This document shows positions 56,391 through 64,000 of a stretch of DNA of 64,000 nt, one piece after another. Source of the stretch: a virus; IMG/VR virus record IMGVR_UViG_3300026488_000026, positions 1 to 64,000 of that record. One strand, given 5' to 3'. Under the pieces are notes generated by a model that did not search any database, was not told the DNA's origin, and was given only the letters and a program-made list of their open reading frames with translations. The position numbers and the translations under genes are program-made. The first letter of the stretch is position 1. The number at the start of each line of letters is the position of its first letter.

Positions 56391-57214
56391 TATAACTCCT
56401 TAATTATATTTTCATATAAATTAGTTTGATAAATTTTAATACTATTTAACATTGCTAAAGCTATTTTTCTTATTTCTTCTTGTGCATCTTTTTTTAATCT
56501 TAAATTAAAAAAGTTTACTAAACTATCTTTATCCATCTGTACCCAAAATATTGTATAAGCACCAACAGGTTGAATTGCCCTTGCTTGTTCTGGTTTTAAA
56601 CCTGTTTCTAAAGCCTTTTCATATACTGAAGTTATATAATTATAAGTATCTTCAAACATTCTTTCAATATTTTGTCTATCGCCATAATCTAATGAATTAT
56701 AATTTTCCATTTCAGGCATATAAAATTCAAAAGGCACTTTATTATTTTTTACATACCTACGACTCATTTCTAAGTAACTTGCTCCTCTATGACGCATAAA
56801 TTGTCTTGCTACAAAAATAGGGCATTTTATTTTAAATGTGGCAACTTCACTTGCATGGTCAAGCATTAATTGAGTTAAAATATCCTTATCCCCATCAGCT
56901 ATTTGTTCAAAAGTTGGCAAATTTTCATGCCTTAAACTTTCTCTTATCCTATCACTAAAATAAGCTGGTGTAATAAACTCAAACACACTTTCATGCTTTA
57001 AAACTTGTAATCTTTTATACAACTTAGCTGGGTCTTTTGCTTGTTCATTACCATAACTCAAACTTGCAATTGTGGCAACCATTTCTTCTCTACTTTCTTG
57101 ATTAAGATTACCAGCCCAACCGCTCCACAATTCTACAAAACCATTTTCCCATTTTGTATTAATATTATAAATAGGTTTTACCAAAGAGATTCTTTTAAAA
57201 TATTTATTTTCCAT
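56390..57214 (-). CDS. thyX: flavin-dependent thymidylate synthase
   Basis: 'HESVFE', 'RQFMRHR..SYLEMSRRY', 'EQAR..P', 'LR..AQEEIR'. Confidence 0.95.
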   Translation of the reverse strand: MENKYFKRISLVKPIYNINTKWENGFVELWSGWAGNLNQESREEMVATIASLSYGNEQAKDPAKLYKRLQVLKHESVFEFITPAYFSDRIRESLRHENLPTFEQIADGDKDILTQLMLDHASEVATFKIKCPIFVARQFMRHRGASYLEMSRRYVKNNKVPFEFYMPEMENYNSLDYGDRQNIERMFEDTYNYITSVYEKALETGLKPEQARAIQPVGAYTIFWVQMDKDSLVNFFNLRLKKDAQEEIRKIALAMLNSIKIYQTNLYENIIKEL

Positions 57215-57452
57215 TTGCTTTTCCTTTCAAGAATTTTAATAATTCTTTTTCAAGTTTTTCTTTTGTTGGTTTTTTTCTTATTTTTTTAACCATTTTACTA
57301 CTTGTATGGTATCTTAAAATAGTTTCTTTAGGGATTTTAAATTCTTTAACTAAACCTTCAGGTATTATTAAATCATAATAGTAGATTTTTTTCTCTTCTG
57401 GTACATACAAAATTGTTCCTTTAAAGTTTTTATAAGTAATTTCAACTATCAT
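57204..57452 (-). CDS. hypothetical protein
   Basis: AAGGAG RBS. Confidence 0.6.
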   Translation of the reverse strand: MIVEITYKNFKGTILYVPEEKKIYYYDLIIPEGLVKEFKIPKETILRYHTSSKMVKKIRKKPTKEKLEKELLKFLKGKANGK

Positions 57453-57696
57453 TTTTTTCTCCTTTCAAATTTTTATAAATTTTAACAAATTGTTCTTTTG
57501 CACTTAAAAAATCAGAATGCTTACTAATAACTACTCTTTTATTATCTTTAAATCTTGTTATAAAATATATTGTACCATATTGCCCTATTTCAAAATCTTG
57601 CATAATTTTATCTTTTAATGCTTTGTTATACATAATATTTATATACTTTTCGTTCTTTTTATTTTTCTTTATTAATTTTTTAATAAAAGTAAACAT
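57442..57696 (-). CDS. hypothetical protein
   Basis: AGGGAGG RBS. Confidence 0.6.
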   Translation of the reverse strand: MFTFIKKLIKKNKKNEKYINIMYNKALKDKIMQDFEIGQYGTIYFITRFKDNKRVVISKHSDFLSAKEQFVKIYKNLKGEKNDS

Positions 57697-57707
57697 TAAT
57701 TCCTCCT

Positions 57708-58928
57708 TTATAAAATTATTCCCGTATCATCAAAACGCATAAAATGAAAATTTGTTTCAGCCACATATACATTTTTTTGAGCATTTCTCGCCTTTATTGT
57801 AAAAATTCTTGCAACTTTATTATCATAATCATCTTTATTTTGATAAATAAACAACAATACAGTGGCACTAAACTCAAGCTCTCTACTACCTCTTGTAGTA
57901 ATAGAAATTCTATTATCTTTTTCTTTTACTTCAGTTAAATTAACTTGTGTTGGAGCTATTATAACAATTCCAAGCTCCCTTGTCAATCTATGTAATTTCT
58001 TTACAAAACTACTTAAACTTTTCCATTCTTCTTTTGAAGAAGGCATTTCTACTAAATTGAGATAATCAATACCAAAAACTTTAAAACCCTCTTTTGCTCT
58101 AATTCTTATTTCTCTCTCTAATTCATAAACATCATAAGGCTGGTCATTTATATAAAATTTATTTTCTCTATTAAAAAATTCTTTCTTCCATTGATTAATT
58201 TTTTCAACATAATCAGGATTTCCATAAACTTTTTTAAAATATTCTTGATTTTCACAACAATACATTCGTGCTATTGTTTCATCGTTTCCAAGCTCAAGAT
58301 TAAATAAACAAACATTTTCACCTTGTTTATAAGAATGTAACAATTGTTGTAAAGTAAAAATAGACTTACCTCCTCCCGATAAACCTCCTATTATAGAAAG
58401 ACCTCCAAGCATTAAGTTTTTATCTTTCATTGATTTCATAAAAGGCTCTATCAATTTAATATTAATAGGATTATAATCGGCATCTTTAACATCAATAGTA
58501 GCTTTTGTAGCAATAGAAAGTTCTTCTTCAATTTTTTTAATCAAAGAAACCGCGGTTTTATCTTTTTCTTTTAATTTATAAACTAATGTTTCTATATATT
58601 TATCAATAATATTTAATTGATAACTTTCAATTAAAATTTCTAACAAACCATTTTTATCAATATCATTAACATCTATATCTTCAAAACTTTCTAACAAACT
58701 AATATAATTTAATTCTTCATTCTCCTTAACATTAAGTTTAATATAATCTTTTAAAAGGTCAAATGAAGGTAAAAATCCTTTTTCTTTTTCAAAATTATCA
58801 ATAAAAAAATATATATCCTTTAATCTTGTTATAAACATTTCTGCTTTAAGTCTACGAAAAAAAGATAAATCTTTTTTCTTCAAAACATAAGCTAACGCCA
58901 TTCTTTGTGACGAATTAGTATTAATCAT
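57708..58928 (-). CDS. dnaB: DnaB-like replicative helicase
   Basis: 'GLSGGGKS', 'FNLEL', 'IDYLNL', 'PTQVN', 'RGSRELEFSA', 'KARN'; probable start MINTNS at 58928. Confidence 0.9.
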   Translation of the reverse strand: MINTNSSQRMALAYVLKKKDLSFFRRLKAEMFITRLKDIYFFIDNFEKEKGFLPSFDLLKDYIKLNVKENEELNYISLLESFEDIDVNDIDKNGLLEILIESYQLNIIDKYIETLVYKLKEKDKTAVSLIKKIEEELSIATKATIDVKDADYNPINIKLIEPFMKSMKDKNLMLGGLSIIGGLSGGGKSIFTLQQLLHSYKQGENVCLFNLELGNDETIARMYCCENQEYFKKVYGNPDYVEKINQWKKEFFNRENKFYINDQPYDVYELEREIRIRAKEGFKVFGIDYLNLVEMPSSKEEWKSLSSFVKKLHRLTRELGIVIIAPTQVNLTEVKEKDNRISITTRGSRELEFSATVLLFIYQNKDDYDNKVARIFTIKARNAQKNVYVAETNFHFMRFDDTGIIL

Positions 58929-59601
58929 ATTGTAACCTTTCAACTTTAACACCATTTTCTTTTAAAAACTCTAAACCACTTGTATCCCTATATTCTTCTT
59001 TATAAACCACTCTTCTAATACCCGCTTGTATAATGTGTTTAGCACAATTATGACAAGGGGATAGTGTAACATAAAGAGTTGTATCTTTTGTTGGTAGCCC
59101 ATTTTTAGCACAAAATAAAATTGCATTCAATTCAGCATGTATTACTATATCGTGATTAGTTTTAAGTTCTTTTTTAACTTCAAAATCTCCAACAATTCTA
59201 TAATTATTTGAATTATCATTTAAAAAATCAATAATTCCAATTTGTTTACCACATTTAGAACAAAACACTTTTCTCTTTTCTTTATCTTCTATTAGGTCTG
59301 CCTCACAACATTTACTTACCAAAATCTCTTTTTCTTCTTCACAATCAAATTTTTGAGGAACTTCTACATAACCAAAACCCCCACAACAATAACAAGTGCA
59401 ATTACCATTAACACCTCTACCATTACAACAATTACAAATTTCTTTAATTTTTTTAGAATAACCTGTTGGCGTTCCATTATAACCGACACTAATAATTCTC
59501 CCGTCTTTTGCTATAACTGCCCCTACTTTTGCTCTAATACATTTACTTTGTTCAGCCCAAACCTCTGCTGTTTTCATCATTGCAATATCATATTTTTTCA
59601 T
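58921..59601 (-). CDS. dCMP deaminase with Cys-rich insertion
   Basis: 'SKC..KVGAVI..GYNG', 'HAELNAI', 'PCHNC'. Confidence 0.93.
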   Translation of the reverse strand: MKKYDIAMMKTAEVWAEQSKCIRAKVGAVIAKDGRIISVGYNGTPTGYSKKIKEICNCCNGRGVNGNCTCYCCGGFGYVEVPQKFDCEEEKEILVSKCCEADLIEDKEKRKVFCSKCGKQIGIIDFLNDNSNNYRIVGDFEVKKELKTNHDIVIHAELNAILFCAKNGLPTKDTTLYVTLSPCHNCAKHIIQAGIRRVVYKEEYRDTSGLEFLKENGVKVERLQYD

Positions 59602-59652
59602 TTTTAACTCCTTTTTATTATTACTTCATTTTTTTTAAATATTTTATTTCCT

Positions 59653-60147
59653 TTAATCTAAACTTAACATAAATTGTTTAATTTGTTTAATAGTTTTTAC
59701 AACTTTTTTATAGTATTTTAAACCCTTTTTCCAATTATAACCAGCATTATAACTACAAACTGCTCTTTTCCAACTAATTTGTTTACTATAACCTTTGCTT
59801 CGCCAATAATTATAAAAAAACTTAAACCTTTCTAAAGCAACACTAAAACTAAAATCATAATCTTTTATTAATCTTTCACAAATTCTACTTTGTTTCCATT
59901 TATTAGAATTTATAGTAGAGGGCATAATATGAAAAACACCACAACTCGGATCATTTAAGTCTATTAAATATTTACCAAACTTACTTTCAACCCAAGCAAT
60001 TGCTGTCATCGTATATTGTAAATCAAATTTTTTAGCTTTATCCCAAGTCTTTTTCATAATTTGATATTGTTGTTGAGATAAATGAAACATAGGATTTTGA
60101 GCAAATAAATTTGATGAAATTAATAAAGTGATTAATAATTTTTTCAT
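59653..60147 (-). CDS. lytic transglycosylase/lysozyme-like protein with signal peptide
   Basis: 'AIAWVESKFG', 'GVFHI', 'SYNAG'; start moved to 60147 (MKKLLITLLISSNLFA). Confidence 0.8.
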   Translation of the reverse strand: MKKLLITLLISSNLFAQNPMFHLSQQQYQIMKKTWDKAKKFDLQYTMTAIAWVESKFGKYLIDLNDPSCGVFHIMPSTINSNKWKQSRICERLIKDYDFSFSVALERFKFFYNYWRSKGYSKQISWKRAVCSYNAGYNWKKGLKYYKKVVKTIKQIKQFMLSLD

Positions 60148-60176
60148 ACTAATTCCTTTATATTTAATTTTCAAAA

Positions 60177-60205
60177 ATTATAAATAAAAAAGGAAAAATT
60201 GTCAA
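60177..60205 (-). promoter_or_regulatory. sigma70-type promoter
   Basis: TTGACA-N17-TATAAT. Confidence 0.85.
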
Positions 60206-60212
60206 GAATTTT

Positions 60213-61196
60213 TTACGAATTATTTAAAAAATTCAAATATTCAATACCTTTTTCTATATCAAGAAATAATTTTATTCTATCAAAAGAAGAATCAGAAGGA
60301 TTAATCACAGCAAGAACAGCAGGAGTTATATTTGTATCGTGTGTCATAAACTTTTTACCATATTCATCAAATCTTTTATAACTACCAACTACAAAACAAT
60401 GACTTATTTTATTATCTGGTTGAACATACATTTGATAACCAAATTGATGAGTATGCCCCATACAAATAATATCATCAGGTTTATTAAAAATTGCTTGTTT
60501 TACTAAAGGAAAAGCTGGATTATACTGACTTCTACCAGAAAAACTATGTCTCATTCTAATTGTAACATTCGTATCGTTAGGAAATTGTAAATTTAATCTA
60601 ATGTCTTCAGCAACAATACATTCTTCTCCTAAAACCTCTCTAAAATAAACTTCAAATAAATTCCACACATCATGATTTCCTAAAACACAAGCTAAAATAT
60701 GTAAATTATCAAAATAATATTTTAATAAAGCAAACGCCTCTTCTTGTGTTATAGAATGTTTTGCAAACAATTTTGAAAGATAACCTACCCAATTATCTAA
60801 ATAATCTCCTAAACCTATAATAAAAACATTTTCATTTTTTCTTGCTAATTCTAAGTGTTTTTCAAATAACTCTAAATCAGTCGCTTGATTGTCTAAATGT
60901 GGGTCACCCATAAATAAAATTCCAATCGCTTTATTTTCTTTAAATTTTATAGGGACATTTGAAAAATATTGGTCCTTTTGTTTTTCATATTTAAAAATTT
61001 CTTTTCTAACTTTTATAATATCATCAATTTCTCTTTTTAATTGAGGGGGCTTAATTTGTTCATATTTTGCTTTTTTTCTCCAAGTATAATAAGTTCTTTC
61101 CGCTATCCCTAATTCCAACAAAATCTCATCTCTTTCTTTACCTTGCTCTAATAATTTACAAAATCTATTAAATTTTTCATAATCAAATCTTGCCAT
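60213..61196 (-). CDS. HTH-fused calcineurin-like metallophosphoesterase
   Basis: 'GDPH', 'GD', 'GNHD', 'H', 'GHTH'; N-terminal HTH 'LGIAERTYYTW'. Confidence 0.88.
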   Translation of the reverse strand: MARFDYEKFNRFCKLLEQGKERDEILLELGIAERTYYTWRKKAKYEQIKPPQLKREIDDIIKVRKEIFKYEKQKDQYFSNVPIKFKENKAIGILFMGDPHLDNQATDLELFEKHLELARKNENVFIIGLGDYLDNWVGYLSKLFAKHSITQEEAFALLKYYFDNLHILACVLGNHDVWNLFEVYFREVLGEECIVAEDIRLNLQFPNDTNVTIRMRHSFSGRSQYNPAFPLVKQAIFNKPDDIICMGHTHQFGYQMYVQPDNKISHCFVVGSYKRFDEYGKKFMTHDTNITPAVLAVINPSDSSFDRIKLFLDIEKGIEYLNFLNNS

Positions 61197-61210
61197 TTTA
61201 ATTCCTTTCC

Positions 61211-62557
61211 TTAATTAAATTTTAATGGTAGTCTAAATTGATATCCTTTTGGTAATAAACTATCATCTCTTACAAATTTTACATTTTTACCTCCTATACC
61301 ATAGAGTCTATATTTTTCAACTTCTGTTTCAAAATAATGATTTTTTACAAAGTCAAAGTGTTCTACAAATTCATTATCAATATTACTTATTGCAACTTCA
61401 TAAAAATTCTTATAACACATAGGGCATAATTGTTTTTTAAATTTAGAAAAATAATTACCACAACAAACACATTTTCTAAACATTCCTACTTGCAAATCCA
61501 CTATTTGTCTATAAATTTCTTCTTTATTAAAATAATAAATATTTTCTTGAACATATAAATTTTCCAAACCAAATGTTACAATTTCATCAGTTATTTTATA
61601 CTTAATTTTTTTACCATTTTCTAATATAAAACCAATAGGTAACAAATTTTCATCAAACCAATAATCTAAAACTTTAATAAAACTTTTTCTTGTTTTTAAT
61701 TTTAAAATTTTAATGCCTTGTTTATCTATTATTAAATGTTTTTTAATTAAATTTTTACCTAAACTTTTTAAATCATAGAAAGTATTAATTTCTTTTATAT
61801 TAGGATATTTAATTTTTATGTTATTGTATTTTTTAAAACGAAAATTTTTAATTTTTTTGCCTTCGTTAATCATAAATAAAGGAACTAAAATGTCTTTTTC
61901 ATAAATAAAATAAAAGGACATGTTATTTTTAAACTTAAAAATTTCTTTTAAAAAACTAATTATTTTTTTACTTTTTAAATCAGAATCAATTAAATTTCCT
62001 TTTTTAACAAAACTAAAAATTTTATATTCACTTACACCTTTAGGTAAAATATAAAAATCTAAAGGATAATTTAATTTATCGCCAACGCCTCTAAGCAATT
62101 TAATTTTATAATCTTTTAAATCCAAATTTTCAATTTTTAATAAAGCATATAACTCTTCTTTTGTATATAACTTTTTTAAAACACTTAAAATAAAATCTTC
62201 ACCTACATTTAAAAATTTACCACTTAAAAACAATTTAATTATCCAAACTATCTTTTTATTAATACTTTTAGTATATTCTTTTAAAGCCGTTAAATCTCCT
62301 TGCTCTATATAAAAAAGAATTAAACCTAATGCTGAAATTAAATCTCCACCTTCTATCAAATCACCTTCTCTTATAAAACTTAAAAAATTTTTATTTTTTG
62401 GAGTTAAAGAATAATATGCCGAAATTAATAATTCAAATTCTTTTCTAAACTTATTATAAGCAACTAAAAAAGCATTTTGTCTATTATAGTAGCCTTTTTC
62501 AAAATAAAAATCATTTACTAAATTAAAAAGAATTGTAATATTTTTTGATTTCATCAC
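61211..62557 (-). CDS. hypothetical protein, possibly inactive ligase paralog with C-terminal Zn finger
   Basis: Weak colinear resemblance to 41362..42714; CVCC...CPMC. Confidence 0.4.
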   Translation of the reverse strand: MMKSKNITILFNLVNDFYFEKGYYNRQNAFLVAYNKFRKEFELLISAYYSLTPKNKNFLSFIREGDLIEGGDLISALGLILFYIEQGDLTALKEYTKSINKKIVWIIKLFLSGKFLNVGEDFILSVLKKLYTKEELYALLKIENLDLKDYKIKLLRGVGDKLNYPLDFYILPKGVSEYKIFSFVKKGNLIDSDLKSKKIISFLKEIFKFKNNMSFYFIYEKDILVPLFMINEGKKIKNFRFKKYNNIKIKYPNIKEINTFYDLKSLGKNLIKKHLIIDKQGIKILKLKTRKSFIKVLDYWFDENLLPIGFILENGKKIKYKITDEIVTFGLENLYVQENIYYFNKEEIYRQIVDLQVGMFRKCVCCGNYFSKFKKQLCPMCYKNFYEVAISNIDNEFVEHFDFVKNHYFETEVEKYRLYGIGGKNVKFVRDDSLLPKGYQFRLPLKFN

Positions 62558-63125
62558 TATCTATCCTTTCTACTTTACCATATTGAATAAAATCTCTAAT
62601 AAAAATAATACTTTTTACTATAATAAATTTAAGACTACTCAAAGATATGTTATTTACTTTAGCCGTTTTTATTAAACCATAACCTTTTATAAAATAATCA
62701 TGCAAAAGTTTTAATTCAAAATCAGTAAAATAATTTTTTAATAATTCTCTTATATTTTCTTGTAATAAATATCTCTCAACATCTTCCATATAATTTTCAT
62801 TTATATGAAATTCCTCATAATTTTCAGGGGGAGCAGTAAGCCAACTTTCTTTATCTTTTAAACTTTTTTTAATTGCACCATATTTATTTAAACTATTTTT
62901 AGCAACCCAATCTAACATTCTTCCATAAATTTTTTTATAAGCAAATCCCATAAAATAATCGTTTTTATCACTATCATATTTTTCTTTTGCTAAAAGATAA
63001 CCTAAAACCCCTTCTTGAATTAAATCCTCTAAATCAATTCCTGCAAAACTTCTCTCGTATATTTTATAAGCTAAACCTTCAATGTGTTTATAATCTTTTT
63101 CTGGTATATTATACTTATTTGACAT
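62523..63125 (-). CDS. phage RNA polymerase sigma factor (FliA/sigma28-like region 2)
   Basis: 'DLEDLIQEGVLG..AKEKYD...F..FAYKKIYGRMLDW' plus a degenerate region 4. Confidence 0.88.
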   Translation of the reverse strand: MSNKYNIPEKDYKHIEGLAYKIYERSFAGIDLEDLIQEGVLGYLLAKEKYDSDKNDYFMGFAYKKIYGRMLDWVAKNSLNKYGAIKKSLKDKESWLTAPPENYEEFHINENYMEDVERYLLQENIRELLKNYFTDFELKLLHDYFIKGYGLIKTAKVNNISLSSLKFIIVKSIIFIRDFIQYGKVERIDSDEIKKYYNSF

Positions 63126-64000
63126 TTATAAGCTCCTTAACTTCTAAACTTGAAATCCCATTTTCTTTTATAACAGTAAACAAATAATCAGCAAAAATTT
63201 CTTCAATTTCATTGTGATGTGTAATAATAAATATAGCTTTATCTTTTTTCAAATAATTTAAAACATTTTTCATAAACTCAATCCCCTCATCATCTAAAAC
63301 ACCAAGTAATTCATCTATAACAAGAAAATTAATATTTATACCAATTAATTCTTCTAAAGTTTTAATTGTGGCTAAAAGCAATAACAAACTAACTCTTGTC
63401 TTTTCGCCTGAACTTAATTGATAAAAAGTTTTTTTAACACCTCTATCTATAAATTTATAATCCAAACTTCCTTTATTTATTTTAATTTCAAAATCGAAAT
63501 CAAAAGCACTTTTATCTTTAAAAAATTCAATATTAAGTTTTAATAAACGCACATAATCTTTTAAAAATTCGTTCATTATGATACCTTTTTTAAACAAACT
63601 TAAAATTTCTTTATATACATCAATTTTCTTACTTAAATAAAGGCGTTTTTCTTTTAATTCTTTTAATTTCTCTCTTAATTTATCAATATTATCTTCAAGT
63701 TGTTTTTTAAGTTCTTTTTGTTTTATATATTCATCTCTTTTTACTTTTAATTTTTCAATTTGTAATAAAATATCTTTTTTCTTTTGTTCAAAACTATTTT
63801 TAATTTCTTCATACTTTTCTTTTAAAATATCTACTTTATTTTTCTCTTTTTTATAATACTTTTTAAATTCCTTAAATTCTTCATCCGCCTTTTTAAATTG
63901 TTCCTCATAAATTTTATATTTATCAACCACTTGACTACCACAAACAGGACAAATACCTTCTTTTAAATCTTCTTTCAATTTATATAAATTTTCAGCTTTA
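63115..64000 (-). CDS. C-terminal part of SbcC/Rad50-like (gp46/D13-like) recombination ATPase
   Basis: Zn hook 'CPVCG', signature 'LSSGE', Walker B 'LVIDE..LD', 'IITH'; continues beyond the window. Confidence 0.92.
   Translation of the reverse strand, partial: KAENLYKLKEDLKEGICPVCGSQVVDKYKIYEEQFKKADEEFKEFKKYYKKEKNKVDILKEKYEEIKNSFEQKKKDILLQIEKLKVKRDEYIKQKELKKQLEDNIDKLREKLKELKEKRLYLSKKIDVYKEILSLFKKGIIMNEFLKDYVRLLKLNIEFFKDKSAFDFDFEIKINKGSLDYKFIDRGVKKTFYQLSSGEKTRVSLLLLLATIKTLEELIGININFLVIDELLGVLDDEGIEFMKNVLNYLKKDKAIFIITHHNEIEEIFADYLFTVIKENGISSLEVKELINVK

Noticed and set aside
331-63187. Short opposite-strand or nested ORFs in the track (e.g. 5743..6063, 15346..15672, 23568..23900, 57744..57938)
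   Set aside because: Shadow ORFs of well-supported genes, without RBS and with F/L/I-rich composition typical of antisense frames in AT-rich DNA.

Overview
The window is 64 kb of a very AT-rich, apparently virulent siphovirus with a T5-like gene order; no integrase, repressor or att site is visible. The minus strand from 1 to 31.3 kb is the late/structural arm. In transcription order it runs: fibre-like proteins, holin-like gene, TerS, TerL, portal, prohead protease, holin/spanins, HK97-type capsid, neck, tail tube, chaperones, tape measure and distal tail. A plus-strand operon at 31.6-38.0 kb begins with a primase-like Rep protein. A repeat-rich non-coding junction (38.0-38.9 kb) is followed by a small early cluster (38.9-40.6 kb). 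The minus strand from 41 to 64 kb is the replication/nucleotide-metabolism arm: ligase, four methyltransferases, primase, GGDEF protein, PolA, two helicases, dNMP kinase, ThyX, dCMP deaminase, lytic transglycosylase, phosphoesterase, FliA-like sigma and SbcC-like ATPase. Two promoter classes can be read directly: TTGACA-N17/18-TATAAT (early/middle) and a sigma28-like CYGATATA box 28-45 nt upstream of eleven late genes. The most striking signal is one orphan promoter in each class that points into a structured non-coding segment. Each segment is perfectly complementary to ribosome-binding/start regions of genes inferred to be of an earlier class (40.9-41.0 kb against the 38.9-40.6 kb genes; 19.3-19.5 kb against replication-arm genes), suggesting a cascade of anti-RBS small RNAs. 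Other notable items are an I-site-less GGDEF enzyme, a decayed Csx20-like ring-nuclease gene, a 126-bp repeat next to late promoters and a possible dead ligase paralog. A Campylobacterota host is a guess from base composition and the CGATAT promoter. All family calls come from motif recognition by eye, not database searches.
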